Under the pieces are notes generated by a model. The model saw only the letters and a program-made list of their open reading frames with translations, did no database searches and was not told where the DNA came from. Source: Thermodesulfobacteriota bacterium (GTDB lineage: Bacteria > Desulfobacterota_D > UBA1144 > Nemesobacterales > Nemesobacteraceae). From it: a stretch of DNA of 64,000 nt. Below are positions 8,888 to 18,085 of the stretch, piece by piece. The stretch lies in assembly GCA_965202785.1 (NCBI GenBank), contig OZ241855.1, forward strand, positions 1,152,001-1,216,000. Direction: 5' to 3'. Each line of letters begins with the position of its first letter. Within the stretch, counting starts at the first letter, position 1. The position numbers and the translations under genes were made by a program.

Positions 8888-10180
8888 ATGAAGATTATAA
8901 GGATAAATTCGAAAAATCTGGAAAGAAGGTCGAGAGAAATAGAGAAATCGGCCTCACATTTCGATCCGGAGCTTGTTTCGCAAACGGAAAAGATTGTAGA
9001 GGACGTCAGAAAACGGGGAGACTCGGCGCTTTTTCGCTACGCGAAGAAATTTGATGGGCCTTACGTAACTGCGAAAAACGTAAAGGTCACCGATCGCGAG
9101 TTTAAAGAGGCCAGAGCATCCGTCGCGCCTGGCATTGCGAGGGACCTTAAGAAGGCCGCTTCACGGATTCGCTCCTACCAGAAAAAGAAGCTTCCAAGGG
9201 CTGGATCCTACAAGGATTCGCTCGGAAACGAACTTGGCTGGCTGATAAGACCAATTGAGAAAGTGGGAGTGTATGTTCCGGGAGGCAAGGCTTCGTATCC
9301 TTCGACCGTGCTCATGACCGTTATCCCGGCGCGGGTTGCTGGAGCAATCGAAATAAGCGTTGTTACCCCATGTTCCGGGAAACGGGTGAATCCCGAGATT
9401 CTTCTGGCGTGCGAGATCGCCGGGGTGAGCAACGTCTACAAAATAGGCGGGGCCCACGCCATAGCGGCCATGGCCTTTGGAACTAGGAGCATACCGAAAG
9501 TGGACAAGGTAGTAGGTCCTGGGAACATCTACGTTACGATAGCCAAAAAACTGGTTTATGGTTTCTGCGACATTGACATGCTGGCAGGGCCGACCGAGGT
9601 TCTGATTATCGCCGACGGTTCGTGTCCGCCAGAATGGGTGGCTGCAGACCTGCTTGCTCAGGCCGAGCATGACGAAATGTCAATCCCGATTCTCGCGACC
9701 ACCAGCTACGATTATGCAAAAGAAGTGAGAAAGGAAGTGCTCTCGCAGCTAAGGGAGCTTGATAGGGAAGAAATCGCAGGCGCCGCGGTCTCAAACAACG
9801 GAAGAATCTACGTAACCGAGAACATGGAGCAGGCAGTGGTGCTTTCAAACGCAGTTGCTCCCGAGCACCTTGAGCTCTGTGTACGCTCCCCCAAATCTCT
9901 TCTCAAAGGCATAAAACACGCGGGAGCCGTGTTTTTGGGTTCTCTCTCGACCGAGCCGTTCGGCGATTACGTCTCGGGTCCTAGTCACGTTCTTCCGACG
10001 GGAGGGGCGGCGAGATTTTCTTCCCCTCTTAGCGTTTACGATTTCCTGAGGATGCCGAGCACCATATCGATGTCGAAAAAAGGTTTTTCGTCTCTCGGCG
10101 CGACCGTTATGAACCTTGCCTACGCCGAGGGGCTTTCGGGCCACGCATTTTCGGTAAAAAGACGGATTGAGGATTCCTGA
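8888..10180 (+). CDS. hisD: Histidinol dehydrogenase
   Basis: GVYVPGG, GPGNIYV, IDMLAGPTE, DLLAQAEH, APEHLEL. Confidence 0.97.
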   Translation: MKIIRINSKNLERRSREIEKSASHFDPELVSQTEKIVEDVRKRGDSALFRYAKKFDGPYVTAKNVKVTDREFKEARASVAPGIARDLKKAASRIRSYQKKKLPRAGSYKDSLGNELGWLIRPIEKVGVYVPGGKASYPSTVLMTVIPARVAGAIEISVVTPCSGKRVNPEILLACEIAGVSNVYKIGGAHAIAAMAFGTRSIPKVDKVVGPGNIYVTIAKKLVYGFCDIDMLAGPTEVLIIADGSCPPEWVAADLLAQAEHDEMSIPILATTSYDYAKEVRKEVLSQLRELDREEIAGAAVSNNGRIYVTENMEQAVVLSNAVAPEHLELCVRSPKSLLKGIKHAGAVFLGSLSTEPFGDYVSGPSHVLPTGGAARFSSPLSVYDFLRMPSTISMSKKGFSSLGATVMNLAYAEGLSGHAFSVKRRIEDS

Positions 10181-10217
10181 GTAATGTTCACGTTACTTTT
10201 TAGAGCGGGAGACGCCA

Positions 10218-11291
10218 GTGTCTGACTCAGGTTCGATTAAAAGCAGGATTTCTAAGAGCGTAAGGTCAATATCTGCTTACTCTGTGCCGAGGATCGACTG
10301 CTCGGTGAAACTTGACGGAAACGAAAGCCCTTACGATCTTGAAGGAGAAGAGAAGCTTGCCCTTTCCGAACGGCTGGCGAGACTTCCCGTAAATCGTTAT
10401 CCGGACCCCGAGGCCCTGGGAGTAAGAACTTCTCTTTCCCGCGCTCTAGGCTTCCCCGTAGATGGCATATTGCTTGGTAACGGCTCAGACGAGATCATAC
10501 AGATGATCGTCGAGGTGCTCGGGGGGAAAAGCGGCCGCGTGCTCGTGCCGTCCCCGACTTTCTCAATGTACAGGATCACGTCGCTTATTCTTGGGAGGCA
10601 GGTGACGGAGATTGAGCTTGATGAGAACTTTGACATAGATCTCGAACAGACCTTGGAGACGATTCACGCGCAGGACCCTGACATCGTTTTTCTCGCGACT
10701 CCGAACAATCCTACCGGGAATTCTTTTTCGGAAGAAAAAGTGCTCGAGATCCTGGAGGCAAGCGGTGGCGCGGTGGTTGTTGACGAAGCCTACTGCGATT
10801 TTTCGAAAAAAAGCTATATTCCCCATATAGATAAATACGAAAACCTGCTGGTACTGAGAACAATGTCCAAGATAGGGTTTGCGGGGGCGAGACTTGGAAT
10901 ATTCTTTGCACGACCGCAGATCGCAGACGAAGTGAACAAGGCGCGTCTTCCCTATAACATAAATTCTTTTAGTCAGGATGTGATGTCTTTTGCTCTTGAA
11001 AACCCAGAGGTTATTGAACGGAAGATAAGCCTTATATTGAGCGAAAGAGAAAGAGTTCGTGCGTCACTTGAGCGAATTAAGGGAATTCATGTTTATCCAA
11101 CGGACGCGAATTTTTTCTTGGTACGGGTTACGGACGCGGATTTTCTTTTCGAAGAGCTGGTCAAAAACGATATTCTGGTCCGTCGCTTCAAGGGAGAGGG
11201 ACGCCTTGCAAACTGCCTCAGGATCACGGTTGGAACCAGGGAGGAAAACGATCAGCTTATCCAAGCCCTAGTCAGCATATTTTCTTCCTAA
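10218..11291 (+). CDS. hisC: Histidinol-phosphate aminotransferase
   Basis: NRYPD, GNGSDE, PNNPTG, VDEAY, RTMSK. Confidence 0.95.
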   Translation: MSDSGSIKSRISKSVRSISAYSVPRIDCSVKLDGNESPYDLEGEEKLALSERLARLPVNRYPDPEALGVRTSLSRALGFPVDGILLGNGSDEIIQMIVEVLGGKSGRVLVPSPTFSMYRITSLILGRQVTEIELDENFDIDLEQTLETIHAQDPDIVFLATPNNPTGNSFSEEKVLEILEASGGAVVVDEAYCDFSKKSYIPHIDKYENLLVLRTMSKIGFAGARLGIFFARPQIADEVNKARLPYNINSFSQDVMSFALENPEVIERKISLILSERERVRASLERIKGIHVYPTDANFFLVRVTDADFLFEELVKNDILVRRFKGEGRLANCLRITVGTREENDQLIQALVSIFSS

Positions 11292-11309
11292 GTAGCTTTT
11301 CGCTACGAA
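11269..11309 (+). repeat. Direct repeat, left copy (41 bp), containing the hisC stop
   Basis: TAGTCAGCATATTTTCTTCCTAAGTAGCTTTTCGCTACGAA; 39/41 identical to 13543-13583. Confidence 0.92.
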
Positions 11310-11497
11310 AATTCTTGCTTAAAGCCGTTCTCTGCGTACCTGACTGGCTTCTTCTCTTTGAGGGAAAGTTCATACAATAAATATTCGAATTTTCGCCTGA
11401 AACGTGATTTATTGCATATGTAATATACTATTTTGCTTGAATGTGGATTTTAAGTAGTGTATATTTTAATATCAATAATTCACATTTTTGGTGATTT

Positions 11498-12319
11498 ATG
11501 GACAATAGAGTTATGCCACAAAGATCGATACCGCAAGGCAGACGCAAGCTTGCAGCCGTGATCAATGAGGCTGGTGACATCATTCGAATTGAAGATGTAG
11601 TCTCTGCGCTTCCGGTAAAGAGATCGGATGCCGCCAAGCTGCTTTCACGCTGGGCTAGCCAGGGCTGGCTAAGGCGTGTAGGGACGGGTGCCTATGTTGC
11701 TGTGCCTCTTGATTCTCTTGAAAGCGAGCGGGTCCTGGATGATCCCTGGATACTGGTTCCGGTTCTTTATGCGCCTGCCTATATTGGTGGGTGGACTGCC
11801 GCGGAACACTGGAACCTCACCGAGCAACTGTTCCGCCGAATTCTTGTCATGACCACGAAAACAGTGCGTAGAAAACACGAGATACGAGATGGGGCACAAT
11901 TCATGTTGCGTCATATAGAGGAACGGAAATTCTTCGGCACTAAGGCGGTCTGGCGCGGACGGTCCAAAATTCTGGTTTCTGACGTTCACCGGACGATTAT
12001 CGATATGCTTGATGAACCGTCCATCGGCGGGGGGAGTCAACACATGGCAGATTGCCTAGCTGTTTACCTGAAGTGTCCTGATCGAAATGATGAAATACTA
12101 ATAGACTACGCGAAAGCGCTTGACAACGGCGCGGTTTTCAAACGGCTAGGTTTCTTAGCTGAAAAATATCCCAATACCGAGATTTTAACCGAGGCCTGTC
12201 TGAAGCATATGACAAAAGGGAATGCCAAACTTGATCCCGCATTGAAATGTTCTCGCTTGGTCTCAAAATGGCGTCTTCGGGTTCCGTCGAACTGTAGAGC
12301 GGGAGGACGACATGATTAG
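11498..12319 (+). CDS. Type IV TA antitoxin / transcriptional regulator, AbiEi family
   Basis: N-terminal wHTH (LLSRWASQGWLRRVGTGAY), YIGGWTAAEHWNLTEQ and SDVHRTIIDML; 8-bp overlap with the downstream toxin. Confidence 0.85.
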   Translation: MDNRVMPQRSIPQGRRKLAAVINEAGDIIRIEDVVSALPVKRSDAAKLLSRWASQGWLRRVGTGAYVAVPLDSLESERVLDDPWILVPVLYAPAYIGGWTAAEHWNLTEQLFRRILVMTTKTVRRKHEIRDGAQFMLRHIEERKFFGTKAVWRGRSKILVSDVHRTIIDMLDEPSIGGGSQHMADCLAVYLKCPDRNDEILIDYAKALDNGAVFKRLGFLAEKYPNTEILTEACLKHMTKGNAKLDPALKCSRLVSKWRLRVPSNCRAGGRHD

Positions 12320-13505
12320 CAAGCGTGAGATCATTGATGCGGCGACAATTAAGGGACTCAATCCCCACATCGTCGAGAAGGACTATGTTCTTGGTTGGTT
12401 GCTGTGGGGGATATGTAATCATGAGATATTGGGTAAAAGCTGGCTTTTTAAGGGTGGCACCTGTCTGAAAAAATGCTTTTTTGAGACCTACAGGTTTTCC
12501 GAAGACCTCGATTTTACTCTTGTTGATTCCTCGCATATCGATGATGGTTTTCTTAAAACCGTGTTTGGGGAGATATGCGAACGCGTCTATGAACAGACCG
12601 GTATCGAACTGCCACTGCATTCTCACAAGTTTGACGTTTATCAAAACCCACGTGGCGGTAAATCCTGCCAAGCCCGGATAGGGTATCAGGGACCTGTGTC
12701 GCCACGTGGCAGAAGCATGCCGAGGGTTAAGCTTGATCTCACGGCTGATGAACTCGTGGTGCTGAGCCCGATTCAGTCACAGGTCTATCATCCTTACAGC
12801 GATGCCCCGAGCGGAGGTATCGCCATACGGTCATATGCATACGAAGAGGCGTTCGGTGAAAAGATAAGAGCACTTGCCGAACGGGGGCGACCTCGTGATT
12901 TGTACGATGTAGTTAACCTGTTCCGCAATCCTGAGGCACGGCCCTCTGCTGCGGTATTAGATGATCTGCTCCGTCAAAAGTGCGAGTTCAAGAATCTTGA
13001 TTTTCCTGTCTTCGCTCAACTTGAAATTAATAGACCTTTTCTAGAAAGCAGATGGGCGCAGATGCTGTCCCATCAGTTGCCTGCCTTGCCTCCGTTTGTA
13101 ACATTCTGGGACGAGCTACCTATTTTCTTTGAGTGGCTTCACGACGGAACTTTACCGCGGATTCCCGTCGCATATATTGGAGATGAAGGTGAAGAGGCTA
13201 TACGAGAACGCATGTTGCGCCTGCCGATTTCCGCCGTGACTCAATCCTATATCGAAATCATCCGTTTTGCCGCTTCCAGTCTGCTTTGCGTGGATCTAGA
13301 CTACGAAGGACATACAGACCGCGTTGAACCCTATTCGCTTCGCCGTACTAATAAGGGCAATCTGATCCTTAGGGCTTACAATGTGAATAAAAACGGACAC
13401 AGCAGCTATCTGGTCAGCGGTATTAAAGGAGCAAGGGTCACCGGTCAGGTTTTCAAGCCCCGTTTCGTAATTGAATTGACGCCTACCGGTCCAGTAGTTA
13501 TTTAG
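12312..13505 (+). CDS. AbiEii-family nucleotidyltransferase toxin with C-terminal WYL-like domain
   Basis: EKDYV, FKGGTCL, RFSEDLDF and EKIRAL..R.RPRDLYD. The last ~80 aa (VDLDYEGHTDRVEPYSLRR...LILRAY...IKGARVTGQVF) resemble a WYL domain. Confidence 0.88.
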   Translation: MISKREIIDAATIKGLNPHIVEKDYVLGWLLWGICNHEILGKSWLFKGGTCLKKCFFETYRFSEDLDFTLVDSSHIDDGFLKTVFGEICERVYEQTGIELPLHSHKFDVYQNPRGGKSCQARIGYQGPVSPRGRSMPRVKLDLTADELVVLSPIQSQVYHPYSDAPSGGIAIRSYAYEEAFGEKIRALAERGRPRDLYDVVNLFRNPEARPSAAVLDDLLRQKCEFKNLDFPVFAQLEINRPFLESRWAQMLSHQLPALPPFVTFWDELPIFFEWLHDGTLPRIPVAYIGDEGEEAIRERMLRLPISAVTQSYIEIIRFAASSLLCVDLDYEGHTDRVEPYSLRRTNKGNLILRAYNVNKNGHSSYLVSGIKGARVTGQVFKPRFVIELTPTGPVVI

Positions 13506-13541
13506 CTGATCTGAATTCAAGACGACCATGGATTCCTGTTG

Positions 13542-15125
13542 TTAGTCAGCATATTTTCTTCCTAGGTAGCTTTTCACTACGAAGAGAATTGTTGCCGCAA
13601 GGGCTATCCATGCGAAGATGTCTCCTACCCTCGAGTAGAGAGTTTCAAGTGAATCGATCAGAACTACCTCTCCCCTCAGGTTCTCCGTAGTGAATATCCC
13701 CGTGCGGGCCTCGATCTTCCCGGTAGGAGATACGATCGCGCTTACCCCGCTGTTTGTTGATCTTACCAGGTAACGTCGCGTTTCAACCGCCCTCGGAATT
13801 GAGAGGAGCAGATGCTGGTAGGGAGCGATGCTCCTTCCGAACCAGGCGTCGTTTGTGAGGTTAACGAGGAGGTTGGCTCCCATTTCCACATAGTCACTCG
13901 AAATCTTCGCCACTATGTCCTCATAGCATATAAGGGGCCCTATTCTCATATTTTTCCCCGGAATCTCAAGCACTCTGAGACCTTCCCCCGGGGTAAGGTC
14001 TCCCATCATGGGGAAGACCCTTTTCAGGAACTTAAGCTCCTCGTTTATCCAGGGGAAATATTCGCCCAGAAGAAAAAGCCGGGTCTTGCTGTAGTGGCCG
14101 AGGATATCACTTTGAGGATTGACCAGGAAGGCCGTGTTGTATTTTTTGTGATCCTCTTCATCCCAGCCGTCCTCAAGCAGAGCAGGGTCTTGGGTAAAGG
14201 AAAGTCCTCCGATGAGGAAGTGCGCTACGTGCCCCGTCGGCACTACATCTGTTTGGTCTTCGATTCTGTATGAGGATTTGTCTTTGGGGAACCAGTACTG
14301 AACCGATGTCTCCGGCCAGATCACGAGGTCTGCCCCCGGAAGTCTTCGCGACATCTCCCTGTGTTTTTCCGTTATGATCGGTTCATTGACGAGGTTTTTT
14401 TCCGCGTAATCAAAATTCGCCTGAACCATCCCGATTTTCACCCGGGGCTCTGTTTCAAGGAAATTCTCAATTTCGTTTATTCTGAAAGACCCGTAGCCGA
14501 GCACGATTACGATTATGGCAATCGAGATCGCGGGTGCGGCAAGCGCAGGTTTTTTTCTCCGCCGCAAGTCGTCAACGAGGTAGAAAACCGATACGTTTAC
14601 AAAAAACATCAGAAATCCCAGAAAGTTCACCCCGAGTGTATCAACCACCTGTATTACCTTTGGGTAATAGCCTTGGGAGACTCCTATTCCGTAGGGAAAG
14701 AGAACCGGGAAGAAAAACTCTGTAACCACCCAAGCAAAAGAGATCATAAGCGCGTTTGTGACACTTTTTCCTCGGCAGAGTCCAAATCTCGATATATACC
14801 AAGTGAAAATTCCGAACTGAAGCGATGAATACACGCAGAACAGTAACACGGCCGCCATGCTTGGGACCAAAGGGATTTCCCCGAACCTGTTGAGAGTTCC
14901 GACGAGCCAGTAAAGCGAGACGAGATTCATGGATGTCCCGGATATCATGCCCAGTCGAAGTGACTGTGAAGCGCTTTTCCCCTGAAGCGCCAGAAGCATT
15001 GGGGCAAAGCATACCCAGCCCAGTACGCCGAGAGTGCTTGAAAAAAGGGATGCGGAAAAAAGCACTCCGGATCCCGCGGCTAGGATTTCGTTTCCGGTCG
15101 GTTTGGTTATCCGGCTCGTTTTCAT
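13542..15125 (-). CDS. lnt: Apolipoprotein N-acyltransferase
   Basis: Multiple TM segments, VIWPET, ICYED, NLTNDAWFG, RSTNSGVSA. Start placed at ATG 15125. Confidence 0.95.
   Translation of the reverse strand: MKTSRITKPTGNEILAAGSGVLFSASLFSSTLGVLGWVCFAPMLLALQGKSASQSLRLGMISGTSMNLVSLYWLVGTLNRFGEIPLVPSMAAVLLFCVYSSLQFGIFTWYISRFGLCRGKSVTNALMISFAWVVTEFFFPVLFPYGIGVSQGYYPKVIQVVDTLGVNFLGFLMFFVNVSVFYLVDDLRRRKKPALAAPAISIAIIVIVLGYGSFRINEIENFLETEPRVKIGMVQANFDYAEKNLVNEPIITEKHREMSRRLPGADLVIWPETSVQYWFPKDKSSYRIEDQTDVVPTGHVAHFLIGGLSFTQDPALLEDGWDEEDHKKYNTAFLVNPQSDILGHYSKTRLFLLGEYFPWINEELKFLKRVFPMMGDLTPGEGLRVLEIPGKNMRIGPLICYEDIVAKISSDYVEMGANLLVNLTNDAWFGRSIAPYQHLLLSIPRAVETRRYLVRSTNSGVSAIVSPTGKIEARTGIFTTENLRGEVVLIDSLETLYSRVGDIFAWIALAATILFVVKSYLGRKYAD
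13543..13583 (+). repeat. Direct repeat, right copy (41 bp), containing the lnt 3' end
   Basis: TAGTCAGCATATTTTCTTCCTAGGTAGCTTTTCACTACGAA. Confidence 0.92.
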
Positions 15126-15147
15126 GCGTAGCGGAGAAATTGCGGGT

Positions 15148-15906
15148 TCAAGACGCTTCGGTGTGTTTGCGTAAAGATATGTATTTAAGCGCTCCGACAA
15201 GGATCAGTGCAATTGCCATTACCTGCGCTACCGAAAGGCCGGATATCGGGCTTTCAGTGGTGTTTCTTATGAACTCGATAAAGAACCTTTCAAGACCCGC
15301 GAGTCCCAGATATATGCTGGCGAGCCAGCCGACAGGTCTGTCCTTTTTCCTTATCTTCCACAGCACTAAGAACACAAGCGACATTATGATCGTTTCATAA
15401 ATCTGAGTTGGATGAACCGCCTCAAGTGTCGGGGGGGAACCCTTTGGAAACGGCATCGCCCAGGGGAGTGTGGAGGCGATTCCGTAATCGTCTCCAACTA
15501 GAAGACAGCCGACCCTTCCAGTCGCGTAGGCTATTGCGAGAGCCGGGGCGGTAGCGTCAAGAACCTTCCAGAAACTTTCTTTATGCTTTTTTGTTAGTAC
15601 GAAAAAGGCGAAGAGAGCCAGAAAAAATCCTCCGTAGAAGGTAAGTCCTCCCCTTAGAAGAAGATAGTGCATGGGGTAGGAGATAAGGTCGCTTAGGGGA
15701 ACGTTCTCGATCAGGAAAAGAAGCTTGGCCCCGAGTATGCCTCCCACAAGGCAGGCAAGAAAACCCTGTTCGTGAAGTCGCCTGGACATTCCTTTTCTTT
15801 CAAATTCCATCCCGGAAACCCAGAAAGCGACAAGAAAAGAGACGGCGACCATCGCCCCGAAGGATGTAATATGAAAATCGCCTATTCTGAGAAGTTCAGG
15901 GAACAT
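15148..15906 (-). CDS. lgt: Prolipoprotein diacylglyceryl transferase
   Basis: GGLTFYGG, GRVGCLL, HPTQIYE, RFFIEFIR. Confidence 0.95.
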   Translation of the reverse strand: MFPELLRIGDFHITSFGAMVAVSFLVAFWVSGMEFERKGMSRRLHEQGFLACLVGGILGAKLLFLIENVPLSDLISYPMHYLLLRGGLTFYGGFFLALFAFFVLTKKHKESFWKVLDATAPALAIAYATGRVGCLLVGDDYGIASTLPWAMPFPKGSPPTLEAVHPTQIYETIIMSLVFLVLWKIRKKDRPVGWLASIYLGLAGLERFFIEFIRNTTESPISGLSVAQVMAIALILVGALKYISLRKHTEAS

Positions 15907-16035
15907 TTATTTCTTCTCTCCTCCGGATTCAAGTTCTTTTTCCGCTTCGGAGTTTGATCTTACGAGAAGGAATATAGACAGAAAAAGTGCTATGCAGAGG
16001 ATTATCTGAATCAGCAGGTTGGTTTTCATTTCCAT
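15907..16035 (-). CDS. Putative 42-aa single-pass membrane microprotein (not in ORF track)
   Basis: MEMKTNLLIQIILCIALFLSIFLLVRSNSEAEKELESGGEKK; AGGAGG upstream; its TAA abuts the lgt ATG (TAAATG). Confidence 0.65.
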   Translation of the reverse strand: MEMKTNLLIQIILCIALFLSIFLLVRSNSEAEKELESGGEKK

Positions 16036-16150
16036 GTTAAGGGACTTCCTCCTAGTTGGGCGATGACAATTTTAACGAACAGTTAAGGAAAATAAAAGTA
16101 TCGTTGCGTGCTTGAATAACCCCCGCAAGCCGGTAAATTAGTCGGCTAAT

Positions 16151-16747
16151 ATGCTTCAGTCACCGGTACTGGTTTTGAACAGGTTCTTCGTCCCTGTCTC
16201 GGTAACAAGCCTTAAAAGGGCCTTTATTCTTCTTTACGGTGGTGCCGCAAAGGCTGTTAACAGGGAGTATGAGACCTTTGATTTCGATTCGTGGAAGGAT
16301 GTCCGTTCGGTCGATGCTGATGACTGCGTGAGAACCGTTACCAACGTTATAAAAGCTCCACGGGTGATAGTTCTCGTTCGGTATGAGGGGTATCACAGAA
16401 AGCAGCCTAAGTTCAACAGGATAAACATTTTCAGAAGGGACGCGGACACATGCCAGTACTGTGCGAAAGCTTTTCCGAAAAGAGATCTTACCCTTGACCA
16501 TGTGATTCCGCGGTCAATGGGCGGAAGAAGTACCTGGGACAACATAGTGTGCTGTTGTGTTAAGTGCAACAGGAAAAAGGGAGGAAAAACTCCCGAGCAG
16601 GCGAACATGAAGCTGCTCGCCAAACCTGTGAAGCCCGCTGCCAGTATTTTTTCCAACCTCCATTTCAAGACCGTGAGATATGAGGAGTGGGAGCCTTTTC
16701 TGAGCTTTGTCGATATGTCTTACTGGAACGTTGAACTGATTGACTGA
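16151..16747 (+). CDS. HNH endonuclease (McrA-like)
   Basis: CQYC, TLDHVIPRSMGG, NIVCCCVKCNRKKG. Confidence 0.9.
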   Translation: MLQSPVLVLNRFFVPVSVTSLKRAFILLYGGAAKAVNREYETFDFDSWKDVRSVDADDCVRTVTNVIKAPRVIVLVRYEGYHRKQPKFNRINIFRRDADTCQYCAKAFPKRDLTLDHVIPRSMGGRSTWDNIVCCCVKCNRKKGGKTPEQANMKLLAKPVKPAASIFSNLHFKTVRYEEWEPFLSFVDMSYWNVELID

Positions 16748-16819
16748 AGGTTTGTCTCAGGTGTGCCCTTGCCGCGAGATCATTATCCGTTCGCGGTCTC
16801 GGGGCTTGGAAAGAAAGAA

Positions 16820-18085
16820 ATGAGATCAACGCTTGCGGTTTTCTTTACGCTCTTGTTTATTCCCTGCTTGGCGACCGCGCAGATACAGCTTCCCCCGGTT
16901 GCTTCTCCGATAAAAAAAATACCGATCGCCATCGCGGTGCTTAAGGCCAAGGGGGATTTAAGCGTATACGGGAAAAATTTCACTGATGTCCTGAAAAACG
17001 ATCTTACCAACGCGGCCCTTTTTGATGTCCGCCAGGTGAACATCCTGTTTTCATCCCCTTTTGAAGATATAGATTTCGAGTATTTAGATGCTCAGAAAAC
17101 CAGATATCTGGTGAGCGGAAATTTCGATGTTTCGCCTCGGGAGGTCTCTTACGATCTCATAGTTTATGATGTGCTAGGCAGACAGGAGCGTATGAGAAAG
17201 AGATACGTGGCGTCTCCGCGCCACATAAGGAACGTGGTGCACAAGTTTGCGGGCGAGCTTATGAGGGAGCTTGCCGGCCTCGACGGGTTTTTTGACTCCG
17301 AGATCGTGTTTGTCAGGAGGGACGGCCATGGAAGTGATCTCTTTATCATGGATTACGACGGGCACAACGCAAAAAGACTTACCAATCACGGATCTTCGGT
17401 TCTCTCTCCTGACTGTTCGCCTGACGGAAGGCAAGTGGTTTTCACTTCCGACAGAAGCTGGGACCATGACGTCTACTCGCTGAACTTCAAGGCCACCCGC
17501 CTTCCCGCCGGGGGCAAGAGAATAACCCGGGGCATTCACCTCGATAATTCTCCGAGCTGGTCCCCAGACGGCAGGCGTGTGGCGTTTAGCCGTAACGGGG
17601 ACATATACATAGCTTCGTCCTCGGGGGAAATACTCAAGCGACTTACCAAATCCCCCTCAATAGATATTTCCCCAACCTGGTCTCCCGACAGCAGAAAAAT
17701 TGCCTTTGTGTCGGATCGTGCGGGAGCGCCGAACATATACGTGATAAGTTCCGAGGGGGGTCGAGCGATAAGAATTACTTCGGAGGGTTACAATACCGAC
17801 CCGGTCTGGTCTCCAAACCCCTTAGTTAACCGTATAGCGTTTGTGAAAGTAAAAAAATCCGAGGCCGACATCTACGCCGTAGGACCTGACGGCCGGGGTC
17901 AGCAGAGGCTTACTTCTTCGGGAAGAAACGAGCATCCCTCGTGGTCTCCCGATGGTCACTACATCACTTTCTCTTCAAAGAGGCTGGGGAAAAGGCGGAT
18001 ATATATCATGTACTTAAACGGTGAAAACAAGCTTCCGCTTTCCCGGGGCAAAAATGATTCGTTTTCCACTTGGTGCGTGAAGTAG
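16820..18085 (+). CDS. tolB: Tol-Pal beta-propeller protein TolB
   Basis: Signal peptide, TolB N-domain (IPIAI), MDYDG and repeated SPSWSPDG (PD40) repeats. Start placed at ATG 16820. Confidence 0.88.
   Translation: MRSTLAVFFTLLFIPCLATAQIQLPPVASPIKKIPIAIAVLKAKGDLSVYGKNFTDVLKNDLTNAALFDVRQVNILFSSPFEDIDFEYLDAQKTRYLVSGNFDVSPREVSYDLIVYDVLGRQERMRKRYVASPRHIRNVVHKFAGELMRELAGLDGFFDSEIVFVRRDGHGSDLFIMDYDGHNAKRLTNHGSSVLSPDCSPDGRQVVFTSDRSWDHDVYSLNFKATRLPAGGKRITRGIHLDNSPSWSPDGRRVAFSRNGDIYIASSSGEILKRLTKSPSIDISPTWSPDSRKIAFVSDRAGAPNIYVISSEGGRAIRITSEGYNTDPVWSPNPLVNRIAFVKVKKSEADIYAVGPDGRGQQRLTSSGRNEHPSWSPDGHYITFSSKRLGKRRIYIMYLNGENKLPLSRGKNDSFSTWCVK

Larger units (their letters stand above)
11269..13583. mobile_element. 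Direct-repeat-flanked islet carrying an AbiE-like TA module, no mobility gene
   Basis: Flanking 41-bp repeats, AT-rich promoter region, two-gene cargo. Confidence 0.7.
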
